A DNA stretch of 33,829 bases from Jimgerdemannia flammicorona (taxonomy: Eukaryota): the NCBI GenBank assembly GCA_003990765.1, contig RBNJ01000296.1, positions 1 through 33,829 on the forward strand, given 5' to 3'. Below are positions 21,271 through 33,829 of the stretch, one piece after another. Under the pieces are notes generated by a model. The model searched no databases. It saw nothing but the letters and a program-made list of their open reading frames with translations, and was not told the origin of the DNA. The translations under genes were made by a program, and so were the position numbers. The first letter of the stretch is position 1. Each line of letters starts with the position of its first letter.

Positions 21271-21746
21271 TACCAAAACCAATAACACCAGTGCCGATCG
21301 GCCACGTATGAAACAAAACAAATGCCAATCTCCAGCGAGCAATAATTCAAATGCAACTTGTGCAAGAGCATTCTTGGCAATTATTCATGGGGTACCCATA
21401 GCTGATTATCAAATTGAAAGAAAAGTGAATAATAAAGGGTTTTGTCAATTTTGGGTTCACATGAGTGGTAAGGGCCTAAATCGTCAAACCTACCTTGGAT
21501 CAACCCAAACAAAGGCATACTTTATGTCTGGGAAATTTAGCAGTGGCCCGGAAGCTCAAAAGCATTTGAATGTACAACACAAGCTTCACATTAGTCTGCA
21601 AGATATAATTTTTTTCTTTTTATTAAAATAGATATAGGTTGCTAAACAAAACATATATATATATATATATATATATATTCATAATATTTTAGATCTAGAT
21701 AGAATATTATATATGTAGTTTAAAATCTATTAATATTTCTAATTAT

Positions 21747-22926
21747 TGTGACAAGCCAGCAGAAAAATGTACCAAGTCACTATCTGAATTAGTCACTATA
21801 ATTTAGCCATATACCATATCAAGTATATACACCAGGCAACCAGGACTGCCCTACTGCACCAACTTGTATAAATAACCCAGATAGCTAAAGAAGGAAACAT
21901 TACTGATAGTAAATGTCACCCTAACAGTGAATATCACCCTGACAGTGAATATCACCCTGACAGTCAATGTCTGCCCTTTCCCCATAAATAACAATTTATA
22001 GTTAGCCACATAGCAACCAGATAGTAACTACAACTGTATAAAATACCCCAGAGACAAGAGTGAATAAACCTCAGTCTGAAAATCAAAAGCAAAAGCCAAT
22101 TGTCTGGTACACTTAGGAGGAGAAACCTGCCAACAAGCCACTGCCAAGAAGTTGTGAGCTATTTTCCACTCCAGTCCACTTTCTGATACAAAGCCTGAGT
22201 TTGCCGCCAAGTTCGAGTGAAGAACTTCGCCGCCATTTGAAGAGAAGTCCGCCATAGGAACCTTGCCACAAAGCCAGTCTATTTGACGCAACTTCGCAGT
22301 GAACTCACGTTCGCGCAAACGAAGCCAGTCTTTGACGTAACTTTGCCAAGAATCCGCCGCCATTTGAGAAAACCGCTATATTTTGGTACGCTCGCCAGAC
22401 AAAGCCAGAAGTCCGCTGATTCAGGAAGAATCCGCGCCAACCGAGTTATCCGCCAACCGAGTTATCCGAGTTATCCGCCAAACCGAGTTATCCGAGTTAT
22501 CTAAGAAATCCGCCGATTCAGGAGAATCCGCGTCATCCGCCGTTTTCGAGTAAATCCGCATCACCCGCCATCTGAGTTAAAGAAGTCGTCGATTCAGGAA
22601 GAATCACCGTGTTACGCCAAGATCGTCACGCCAGAAATTGGAGATCGTCGCGCTACACAGAGATCGTCACGCAGAAATCGCATACTTTTGGAAGACAGAG
22701 ATCGTCACGCAGTAATCGCATAAGGAAACCGCTCGCGCTACACACAAATCGCTGCTACTCCCAATAAGGATACCGTACAAATCGACCGCCACGCGAACAG
22801 GAGAATTAGCTCAGATATCCAGATTCCAGGAATTATAGAACATTTTGTTGCTTTTTGACAAAGTAACTGGGGCTCAAGCCAAACTACATAGCACCCCCAA
22901 CATTGTAATTTGCCTCGCACGTTACG
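21747..22926 (+). mobile_element. Solo-LTR-like element with internal tandem repeats; right end uncertain
   Basis: Starts TGTGA; TATA plus AATAAA core similar to 14540-14625; internal repeats of atcaccctgacagtgaat (x3), ccgagttat/ccgccaa and gagatcgtcacgcag. Confidence 0.45.
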
Positions 22927-23310
22927 CTATTAAAAATTATATAACTAATATATATTAGTAGTTATTTTGTTTACTTTTTGTAATATTTTATTCAATTTAA
23001 TAATAATAATTATTTATTTATTATTTATGTAACTTATTAAAGAAGATATTAAGTAAAAATAAAAAATAAAAAATAAAAAACAATTCTGCAGTTATAGGAG
23101 AATCTAATTAGTATACTGGTTCTATATCACCACTTATGCTGCTCATCACCTAACATTATTCCAATGATGTAACACATGCACGGTATCGATATAAATGTTG
23201 AATAATAAACCATTTCCTAATAGTAACACCTTCCCTGCAACCACCGCCTCAACTCAAATCACCTCAACACACCTATTTACGTGTACAACTCCATGATGAG
23301 TGAGTTTACG

Positions 23311-24770
23311 TCAAGGATTTCGCCCACGAGGGCGAACCATGTTGAGGAACAGGTACGGGAACTCGACAAAGTGGCCGCGAATCGTGCTCAGCGTCTCGCG
23401 AATCTCCGACACGCTGAGATCTGTGTTGGCGACGTGGTTGACTGAAGGTCGGCCGGGACCCATTCCTTGTAATCGTCCCAGTCGGAAACTGGTTGGTGGG
23501 GGGAGGGATTGAGGATGTAGCATAACGAGCAGAAGAAAGAAAAGAGTCCCATTGAATGAAAAAAAAAAAACTCACCTCCGCTGTCGGGCACAGAGCGGAA
23601 CACTTTGCGGAATGCCTCAGTGCTGCGGCGGGCGGTGCTTGTACAGCAGTCGTAGAACTCGTCGCTCAGCGGGTCTTCGACGAGACGGTCAGCGTGGGCG
23701 TCGTTGTACGAGTGCTGCGGGTGCGGCGGCGGCTGGCTGCCACTTATCACTGATTCGACCTCCGTCGAAGGAAACAGGCCCTCCTTGAAGAGGTGGCGGC
23801 GGAGCGTGGCAGCGAAGCGCGAGGCCTAATGCTGTATTGCGAATACAATTGATTATGCGGGCTGAGTGGAAGAACATATGAAGGAGCAACGAGGAAGGAA
23901 GTGGGGAGACGTACAGGCTGGCCTGGCCGTTCATTTGAGAGTGGATCGGGGTCTGGATCTCCACGATGACGGCGATCTCCGAATCGCGGTCGCCGCACTG
24001 CGATCTCCGAATCGCGGTCGCCGCACTGCGATCGGTCATTCAGGTTGGCCGAGAAGCGGTCTGATCGTGGCCGTTCGTGGAGAAAACAAATAGGAACGGA
24101 GATTAGAATATCAACTCCAGCAGAAATCGTAATCGAACAATCGACTGACAATCCAAAACTCCAACGAAATGTCCAAACAAGCAACACCACATACCATCAA
24201 CAATCATAAGCGTTGTATGGATATATAATTCCTCACAAACATAATTAGCCTTCTCATCCTGATGCGAAGGATCGCCAGGAATTTTCCTCCCATACGGCCC
24301 CTTCTCGCCGCCTTCTCCTTAAGATCTTCGCCACTCATTGCACACTTAGCGATGGTACCCTTTGCTTCACCACCCCAAGGCCCAGCACTATCATACTTCT
24401 CCTCGAGCTGCTGAACCTCACCCTTGAAAGGCACCTGGGTGCAGTCCTCAGCACGTCCAGCCTCGCGCTCGAACCAGCCAGCGATGCCAGACTTTTTTCT
24501 CGATCCGTCGGTTGCCTCCACAAAGTTCGCCTCGGCATCGTCCGTCGTGATCACCGTCGCGTCACGCCTCGATCCGCCGCGCCGGCTACCGTCTGCGCGT
24601 TAGGCTCAATCCCCGCCTCCGCCGTCAGAATGTCGTCAATCACCGAGCAGTTGATACGGTCGTATGATCGCAGAGACCGAAGGAAATGTAGTCCACGGGG
24701 TCGATGTGTCTTTGTCTTAGGCGGGCAAAGATGGACTTCTCACCAGGGTAGATTGACGAGAATTTCCAGG
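23311..24770 (-). pseudogene. 5'-truncated phospholipase D (PLD1/Spo14-type) pseudogene, C-terminal part
   Basis: GEKSIFARLRQRHIDPVDYISF; EELYIHTTLMIVD (second HKD with K to T); SANLNDRSQCGDRDSEIAVIVE; DPLSDEFY...VFRSVPD; IRGHFVEFPYLFL; 28-bp frameshifting duplication at 23972-24027. Confidence 0.85.
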
Positions 24771-24849
24771 GCATTTCAAGACTAAGGGGGGAAGGGGGAT
24801 TGTCATTAGAATATATATATGCTGGTAATCCATTGATAGATCTGCTCCT

Positions 24850-26280
24850 GATCATTTTTTTTAGGCTTGAATTGCCTATATGTCATAAGTATTGATATAT
24901 CAGGTATAGTTATTATTGCATATGCAGTAGCTGTCAAATATTTTCTGTTTAGCATGCTATTAATCATATTAAAGATTGCCTTGTTTGGATGCCATCATGA
25001 CTTCCATATTCTGTATATTATAGATCAAAGTATTCTTTAAATATATATGTATTTCTTTATTACTGCAAGCCATTATTTTACCTATAGAGAAGAGGTTCTT
25101 ACCTATCTCAGGAGTGTATAATATATCTAGAAAAATACCAGTAGGCTCTACAATATTTCTATATAGATGTATACTGATATTACCCTTGCTCTGAGTATAG
25201 ATGATATTGTTATTATCTAGTCTGATGAGTACAGGATGCTTAAATAGCTTATATATGGAGAACTACTTCCAGTAGACTGTTATATACTGTATAGCATCAG
25301 AATTCATAAGCCATACATCATTATTGTCAGCTATATTGACACATTCATTAGCAGTAGAAATGGATTTCATACTGCATTATATTACTTATATATAGAATAA
25401 ACTACCTTGGTTTTTATCAGTCTCAGCCATATAGTTTGCTTGTTTTTCTTTACTATCATATCTATGGTTCTTTTTGTTTTTGTCTTCACTTTCTCTTTTC
25501 TTATAATAGCAATTACTTAAATAACTATACTTGCTATAGTAATGATAACTATTATCAAACTTGGCTGATTGATCATACTTTTGACCTTGTTATTAGCTCT
25601 TTTGACTTTGTTGACCAGTCTTGCCTTGATTATATTATTTATATCATTGTTGATACTGTTTTTTTTAAAATGTTTCCTTATTGATGAAGCTGTAATCATA
25701 TATTAATAATCTGATAATTTGCTGCTTTTTCTCATTACTACTATGATAATATTATATATATCAAAGAGGTCTTTTATAAGTATTAGAACCTTGTCTTTAT
25801 CTCTAATAAAATCTACTAATATACTTAGAGAATTTATCTAATTTACTAAATTATATATATAGTTGATATATTTACAGATTATTTTCTTAGACTTTATTTA
25901 AAGATTGAATAGTTGTTATTTTAGATAAAATCTGTTAGATATAGATACTTATTAATAGTAATTATATAAGATCATCTATATTTTATTTACTATAGATATA
26001 TTAATTATATATTTTATTTAAGAATTTATAAGTATAAATATGATCTCCATTAGTACTTTATAATCTTTTACTATATTATAGTTATTGATTTATATATATG
26101 GCTTAGTATACTCTACCAGACTATACTTCTTCAGAAGATTGCTTATATAGAATACTCAGATCACATCATTCTTACTGTCAAAGACTAGGATTTTTCTCTT
26201 GACTATATTTACAATTATTACAGAGACTGCTATTATAACTATCATATCCATTCCAGGATTACTTATACCTATGGCTAGTG
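24850..26280 (-). mobile_element. Heavily mutated Ty1/copia relic (gag-protease-GAG-pre-integrase region); boundaries approximate
   Basis: Minus-strand VWLMNSDAIQYIT (copia protease WxxDSGATxHMT, ~25275-25320), LDILYTPEIGKNLFSIG (~25080-25130) and a decayed LWH.RLGH (~24870-24905); no CpG. Confidence 0.7.
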
Positions 26281-26745
26281 CTTAGAATGAATTGAATTAA
26301 ATTAAATTTACCTCTAATTTGATTTAATTTAAAATATTCAAATCAAATTAAGGATTAATTTAATTTAATTTAATTTAAATTAAGGCTTAATTCAATTTAA
26401 TTTGAATCAAATCAAGGTCTAATTCAATTCAAAGTCCAATTTAAACCTAATTTTTCAAAATTCAATAACTTGACCAAAACATATCCAAATTTAAAGAATT
26501 TTAGCTTATTCAATATACCTTATAATAGTAAATCTAGTATAATAAAGAATATTAAATTTAGATATATTTTCATTGAGTTATTATATTTTGAATTTGAGAT
26601 AAATATTTCAAATCAAATCAGACTCCAATTTGATTTAATTGAATCAAATCAGATCTCAATTCAATTTGAATTTAATTTAAATTCAAAAATCCCTAATTCA
26701 ATTTAATTTGAATAATCCTCAATTTGATTAAATTCAAATTGATAT
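26280..26745. repeat. AT-rich quasi-palindromic repeat relic, possibly a decayed MITE
   Basis: Dense aattcaa/ttgaatt/aatcaaat units in both orientations. Confidence 0.4.
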
Positions 26746-27159
26746 AGCTGTATTTATATTTTGACTTATGCTGGTTCCTTAATTTATATTTATCATTGAT
26801 ATCTCATTAATATAGAGTAGTATATAGTATAAACATACCTTTCACTAGTATAATTCACATTATACAAATATCTTTCAATATTTTTTGCACAGTTTTGGAG
26901 AAAAGGTACTAGTAATATAACAATGCACAGGAGTTCTGATAGATATGCTAAATTAGATAGATCTGGGATCTTTGAGTGGCAATATGTTAGGAGGGATTAT
27001 GGTATAAAGATGGGGTTTTTCAGCAGTGAGGGTGGATAAAGTGGGCCTACTCATCCAATCATATATACGGGTGGCAGTTAATAGATGGTACGGGTTATCG
27101 GAGGAGGAAGGCGAGGATTTAATTAAGGTTCATGTCGAGACTAGATGTCCCGCACTATA

Positions 27160-27323
27160 TAGCGGCTTTAGCGGCTTTAGCGGCCTTTTAGCGGCTTTAG
27201 CGGCTTTAGCGGCTTTAGCGGCTTTAGCGTCTTTAGCGGCTTTAGCGTCTTTAGCGGCTTTTAGCGGCTTTAGCGGCTTTTAGCGGCTTTAGCGGCTTTA
27301 GCGGCTTTAGTGGCTTTAGCGGC
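27160..27323. repeat. 9-bp satellite (tttagcggc)n, about 18 copies
   Basis: Near-perfect tandem array with occasional 1-nt insertions. Confidence 0.95.
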
Positions 27324-27479
27324 TTGTGACTTGCAATTAATGACTTTTTATTAGAGGTCATAACTTCAAAGCCAAAGAGTTGAAAATAAAGTTAAATCGA
27401 GATTGACTGGGCTTAGGTCCCGTTTTTTGGCTTTGAAAAGTATGTCACAATACTCTGAATTTAAGGCTGAAATTCAATA

Positions 27480-27574
27480 ATTGATATAAAATTCTATTAT
27501 ACTGAAATATTATAAATAATAATAATAATAAATCTTTACTTAATTAAACTCAATATTATTTTATATTAATTTAC

Positions 27575-27609
<35 letters not shown>

Positions 27610-28055
27610 CTTTTTATAATTACTATTATTATCAATATTAATATTAGAGTTTTGACAGACTTCTTTATTAAATAATTTTATTATAATATACTTATTATAT
27701 TACTATTATATGTATTTATATTATATATTATAAATGATCTATTTATTGAAATAAGTTTTTTAACTTTAACTTTTAATGTCTATTATTACAATTACATTAA
27801 TATAATTTCTATATTTACAAATAGTCTTCTTTTTATTTTTTAAAGACTAAAAATATAAGTTCTGAAATATAACTAATTAATAGAACTTGAGTATATGATA
27901 ATTTTTAAAACAGCTTATATTTTATTTACTGTTTTTATATTAATATTATTATAAGTATTATGTTAGAGTTTAATATTATAAATAGAATCTCTATAAGTAT
28001 CTTATAATTTTATAATATTATAGTTCTTAGTTTCTATTTTAAACTTTTATTAGTA
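27480..28055. other. Extremely AT-rich, CpG-free relic
   Basis: Composition only; no readable domain motifs. Confidence 0.4.
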
Positions 28056-28845
28056 ATCTACAGGCCTGAACCCCTACTTATTCATATGCCTACCTACTTG
28101 CATATATGACTGTCTTACGAAACCAGCGAGGGATTTTATTTGCACATTCCCATTATTGTGTATATACAACCCTAAGATCTTTGTCCTTGTGTCCACCAGA
28201 CAGATCGCCCATCCATCCTCGCAGGCCTTGGTTTGAAACCACGTGAGATGGAACCGTCGTCATGGAACCCACTGCGACTTTTCCTCAATTTTTTTGAAAA
28301 AATTCTGTTGAGTGTCTCATGATTTCATTCCCGGTATGCAAAAGCCTCGGAATTTCCATTTTCAATATGGACTAAATTCGTTCTGTTGAAAATACATCAT
28401 AATCAGTATCAAGATTCCGTAGTAGCCTTATAAATTTGTTTTTTTTTTTTTTGGCAACAGTTCAACCAATTTTCCCGTGAACATCAAGGCCCGCTGTTGA
28501 CGTCTTTCTACCAGAACTGGCATGCAGCAGCAGCAGTTAAACTTAAGACCATTATATAGAGTGATTTTTTGGAATTCCGCATGGCCTTGACACTGTTAGA
28601 ATTTTGTGAAGCCATGTTATTTGTTACGAAAACTGTGAGTTGAGTTCACTTGTTTAAATAATTACCCCTATGGAGTGTCATCATCAGTCTAAGTTATAAA
28701 ATTTATTAACTGGGATAAAAACTCGGTAGGACTCTAATAGTCTCGACTCCCGTTATTTGTATTTGATATTTGTGAGTCTATTCGTTGAGAATAAGTATAT
28801 GCTGATCTTTAACAATTTTCCAAATGCAAAGTATATATATACATA

Positions 28846-31101
28846 TTAAGCATTTGATTTCTTGGGGAATGGATTGCGGGACGGGCAATGCGCATTTTGC
28901 AGCTGCACGAAGCCATTCGCGTGGCTCGCGGCGGGCGTGATTTCGCGCTTCGCCTTTCTGGAGGTTGAGTTGAAGCACTAAAATAACAAAATTATTCGGA
29001 TATTAATTTAAAGCGGAATTAGTTCAAGGACACGAGGACAACACGAGAGTGGAACCCACCTTTTTCCACAACTGCCTCTCCTTCATCTCCCAGATTTTTC
29101 CAGTTTTTGCCTTGGACCAGGGACCGATTTTACCTTCGACCCCCCAGTCGAGCTTAACGTCACCATCAACTCCAACGCAGGTGTGAGTGACCTTGCCCGA
29201 GGAAGGTTTGAAATTGGAATTACCGCGAGCAGTCAACCCCGCCGACAGCATCAGTGCGAGGTCGGCTTTCACTGACCCTCCAAAAACGTCCACTCCGATA
29301 CCGAGCTGTGGCTCCAGAGTCTGGGTAAGCTTGGCACCAAGTTCCAACTTGTCGCTGAGCGTGACGTTAGCAATGTTCTTTCCTTGGGAGGTTAATTGCG
29401 GGTCCTCACTAGCGCCAATTGAGATTTCAACCGTGGGGGAGGTGAAAACCGTATTAATGCTTACGGATCTGTAGTAGGTAGATGAAGGCAGCTTTGGTAA
29501 GTAAAAATTATTTTGTGTTTGACGATGACATATAGAATGTGGCTATAATTATGCATACCCATCCAAGGTGATTGTTCCCATCAGATTGGAGTCCATTTTA
29601 AAGTAGGGGCCAATTGCCAACAGGTAGGGATAATTCAAACCCGGCAGCGTTGTTTTTGGTATAATGGGGATAGTTAACATCGGAGAAGTGTATTGCACAA
29701 GGCCATCCAAGCTCAGGGTGGCCTGGGCATCAAGCTCGCCCCCTAGAGGTTTAAAGAGAGATGTCAGAAAGAGAAAATTCGAAAATAATTTCATTGGAAA
29801 CTAAAAAAGCACTAATACTTACTCAGGTAGGCAAAATGCTCTTTGATTTTGAGCGGGAGAATGGTCCCAGTGACGTAGTAACCAAAGTGCGCGGAGCCTG
29901 TCAGTTTTCTGGTGAAGAAATGTAATTACCGAATTCAGTGAAAGAGATAACTTTTATTAGAAACGATGCACTTTCCACAAGAGCAGCTTGTTGAAAATCG
30001 ATTTTGAAGATAATGGAAGCATACCCTTTGGCGTCAATCGACAGCGACATTTTAAAATCATGGCATTGCTTCGACAACGTAGCTAGTTTCAGCGAAAAAG
30101 GTTCACTGATAGACCCGGACTTAGTACCTTTCGCTATCAAGATATTGTGCGCGTGGCTATTACTCTTGATGCTCGTTAACCTGAAAGGTTCATTATTGTC
30201 ATTGTTATTAAATCATTAGATACAGCATATTTCTAGGACAAAAGTTGCACGTTAATGCTTGAAAATGACTTGTAAAGTACCAGGCATCATGAGAACGTTC
30301 TTTTCCGAAATCTGTATTGTCAATATATCCAGCGACATTGCTAAATTCCATAAGTATCGTCGTGGGCACCTCCTTACTTTCGTTGTATGGAATTGCTTCG
30401 AAATCGTAATCAAACTGGGAGTTTTCGAGGTATATAAGACCAATTAAATACTTTGATATATTATAACGTAAAATAAATGTACCAGCAAGAATGTGGACGT
30501 ACCTTGATTTCGTAGACGGAAACGTTTTTTTTTCCGATTTTCTTCGTTAGAAACGACGGGAACTGCCCAGATGATTTCGGTACAAAGCTCACGACGTGCA
30601 CGAAAGGAGATCTTCCGCATCCGTCAGGAAGTTTAACAATGGTGTCTTTCGCGCCGCCGATGAAAATGCCCGAGCAGTTGGCCGCTTCCGCTTCCGCGCA
30701 ATAGGCGAAAACAACCTGGCTGCCTTGGTCGGAAGCATTGCATCCGACCAACGTCCACGAAGACGTGACTTGGTGAAGATCAGCGAGGCGCGACGAAGGA
30801 CCGGCGATCGTGATTCCGCCTTGGATATCCAAACTCTCTCCACGAGCGTAGCTGCGGGCAACTTTAGACTTGCCAAGGATGTGGGTCAGCTCGACAATTG
30901 TGTCGGATGACTTGGATTTTTGCACACGAGCAGCAATGGAGCCTGATGGAAAGGACCACAGTATGGTAAGCAATTTGGGATTAAGGCTTCTCGGAAAGTC
31001 GTGAGTGCAATAAGTTGCGTACCCGACGGATAAGCTGCAGCCACAGAGCTATACAGCATAAGGCCCAAGAAATACAGGGAAAGCAGTCCAGCTTCCTTCA
31101 T
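28846..31101 (-). CDS. Secreted, Cys-containing, beta-rich fungal protein of unknown function; 8 exons, 539 aa
   Basis: Exons 31101-31023, 30942-30503, 30414-30281, 30180-30025, 29908-29823, 29742-29559, 29468-29060, 28977-28846 (1620 nt, in frame). Signal peptide; WTLVGC, GAKDTIVKLPDGCGRSPFVHV, FDYDF, LPGLNYPYLLAIGP, LWKKCF. From memory it resembles a module in fungal secreted proteins and in C-terminal extensions of some GH18 chitinases. Confidence 0.8.
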
Positions 31102-31330
31102 GATGGGTCTCGGTACAAGTTTGAATATCGGTGGGTAGGGTATTGTTGCCGTATTGATAAAACGGGCTTATATATATACAAAACACACGCCTTTAATTAT
31201 CTACACAAATCAATATGGCCATAGGCTGCTGGAAGTGATACCCGATCATTCTTTCCACAATTACGTTAACTTCAAGTCAATAATATTTAGTGTAACTAGT
31301 AAGTAGCCCTACCCTGGTAGGTGGCGCGCT

Positions 31331-31331
31331 G

Positions 31332-31384
<53 letters not shown>

Positions 31385-31385
31385 C
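31331..31385. repeat. G-T27-A26-C homopolymer palindrome
   Basis: Seen directly, about 230 bp upstream of the ATG at 31101. Confidence 0.85.
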
Positions 31386-31920
31386 GAGAGCGTGGGAACC
31401 GCGATTAAGGAACGCCACAAACCGAACTAAAACTGTGGCCTGTATGTCCAAAAGGCTGTTCTGAAAACAAGAATTTCATTTAGTGAAATGTGGTGCCAAG
31501 GGCACATACAATTTCGGACGCCGCTTATTTCGGTTACTGAATTCTACGTTCTATTTTAACACCTAATCCTGAGATCCAATAAGAAGTTCCCCCCTTTGGC
31601 AACAACTTAATAAACCACGCGGGCTGTGGCGACAGCACCAATTAACGTGACATTCATGCTAAAATACTCCGACGGACGAACTTGCGTTGGTTTGGACGTA
31701 ATATAGAACCGTTGAGCTTAAATGTGTACTGTTGCTACTAGAATGGCAGGGGGTGTTATGCTAGTGCAGTGTTTCTCTGTAACCTATAGTAGGTTTCTTC
31801 GAACACTGTTCCAGCATATTAATAATAAATAAAATAATAATAAAATCTCATCGCAGACGATTGATTTATTTTGGAATTGGAATGCAATTTAAGGATGACC
31901 GTAGGGTGCGTTTTCGGCAA

Positions 31921-31996
31921 AGGGAATCTCGCCAATGGGAATCTCGCCAACGGGAATCTCGCCATTGGGAATCTCGCCAATGGAAATCTCGCCAAT
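31921..31996. repeat. 15-bp tandem repeat (gggaatctcgccaat) x5, probably the subterminal array of a DNA-transposon end
   Basis: Five units seen; flanked by agggtgc on both sides. Confidence 0.75.
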
Positions 31997-33829
31997 CTAC
32001 AGGGTGCTTGCCACCACAAACGTACTATTGAATGGTTCTACTTCGTTCACAACAGTCTTATACCCCTGTATCTCATTTCGCACTTTCACATTGCTGACAC
32101 GCAACTCACAATGTTGGACATTTCTGGCAGGTCCATCTTCGCCAAGCAGTCCACCCCGCATGACTGGCAATGCGACGCCACCGTGCCCCACGCCATCCTA
32201 TCTCTCCATGTATTCGACAGACAGTTACATGCTAAACCGTCCGCCTTCTACGCCGCACGATACCGCGATGGCGTAGGTCATGCCAGTGATGGAGGTGTAG
32301 CAAAAGGAATCTCTGGTGGGAAGATGGCAACAGTGGGCCCTCTACCGAGTTTCCTCTCTGCTCGCTGAGATCTTCCGCCCTCCAAAATTTCTCTACACTC
32401 CAACTACAACATTTATTTTTGTTCTTATATTGTTTCTGTGGTCGCCTACAAAGGTGACGACATTGATTCGAGGTCACATGAACTTTCCACACTCGTTCCC
32501 AAACCCTTAATTTTGGGGATAGTCAATGCACAATGTGGCCTCTAATATACACCACATGTATGCCAGAAGCACAATTAATTTTATTTTGGACACATGATCA
32601 TGTTGTCATTTTGAGCACGTGGAATGCACTATTGGCATTCTATTGATAAAGGGTTAAAAATTAGTCATGTGCTTGATTTTATGAGTAAATACTGTATCAA
32701 TTCAATGTGTTTTTACGCGTTTTCACAGGATCTGACAGGTTTGTGATCATAAATAATTAAAATAAGAGCTAATAGCTTTGATAAAAATGGCTCATTTATT
32801 TTGGAGGTGCATGTAATAGAGCGAGTGCAGGTCACCACCCCACCGACACTGCCACAGAAGAGCCCACAACGTACAAGTGGAGTATCACAGAAATCCGACT
32901 GGAAAATTTCCCTCCTCGTACCCCAACTCTCTCTTATCGTCTTATTGATCTCTCTTATCGTCTTATTGATGAGACTACCAAAGAGGTATACTTGGCCTGC
33001 TTATCCTCGACGACGTGAGGAGCGATGCGGGAGCCAGTGCCCGCTGAAGGAGTGGAGCTGACCGTCCGTGAATTGGACCGTTGTGATGTCTTGTAGAGTA
33101 GTGGGAGAGAGATTGAAAATTACGTTATGGACCTTTGAGGATAAGTCGGGCGAGCTCGGGGCAGGTAATCTTTATGATGCAAAAAAAGTCTTGATAAAAA
33201 AGTTTGTCGCAATTAACAAGCCTCCTCACTATTAGATACTTACATAGTGTTACGGGTTAATATAGATAGCAAAGTGCAGATTCCACTGGCAAGCAGATAC
33301 AGAGAGATTGAGTTGAGGAAACCGGATTTGATAATTTGAGATCCGTGGTAGTAAAATAGGTCAGATCGAGCTAGCTCAACGTATGTGCTGGCGGCAAAAA
33401 CTTTGAGGTATTCAGTGTCCGTGAGGTTGCATTGGACGTCGGAGAATCAGCGAGTCGATGTTGGAGTGTGTGTGCCGTGCATTAAAATATCCAGCCACCT
33501 GCAAAACATGTGATTCCCACAACCGTGCGCTGGGGGGTCAAAACTGGTATTGATAAGCTAGCATCTTCCATATACAGTTTAGTGTTGTGGTGAAGGCATT
33601 CTAAAGACACATCGACTAGCGCCTAAGGGGGGCACGGTTTCGTGGCGGTCGGGCCGCATTATAAGTTCGGATACTGGGGAAAGCCTGGCCTTCGGGGGAA
33701 CATTTCAGATTCCATAGCTCGTATTCCCGATTGATGCGTGCCCCTGCTGTGATATATACCTTTGCGCTCTCGCTCATGCTAGCCACGCTGTACTCTATTC
33801 ACGTCATCTCACAAAAGCATCCACTAAAA

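Noticed and set aside
27160..27323. Telomeric repeat
   Set aside because: Interstitial, and tttagcggc is not a telomere unit I can support
31871..32368. 165-aa ORF with NGNLA repeats and a PHDWQCDA segment faintly like a helicase Q-motif
   Set aside because: The N-terminal part is the 15-bp repeat; no Walker A or DEAD/H motif follows

Overview
Eukaryotic, most likely fungal, DNA: short GT-AG introns of about 80-135 nt, and CpG-rich gene islands separated by CpG-free, AT-shifted transposon relics. The left island holds an intronless FkbM-family methyltransferase (-), an intronless coiled-coil protein (-) and, head-to-head with it across about 1 kb, a 10-exon atypical HSPA12-type Hsp70 (+, 801 aa by my splicing). 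The coiled-coil protein has a GrpE-like C-terminus, internal tandem repeats and a HET-s-like motif. The Hsp70 has an intact vWA/MIDAS domain inserted inside its C-terminal beta-domain. This divergent Hsp70-vWA / GrpE-like pair is the best candidate for an undescribed system. The rest of the window contains a heavily C-to-T mutated Ty3/gypsy element with a dUTPase and an extra 3' ORF, a 5-exon single-pass membrane protein with a ricin-B-like ectodomain, MITEs (one hAT MITE with a perfect 8-bp TSD) and several mini-satellites. It also holds a solo-LTR-like element, an intron-containing phospholipase D pseudogene fragment, a Ty1/copia relic and an 8-exon secreted beta-rich protein. All exon models and family calls were made by eye from motifs; no searches were run.
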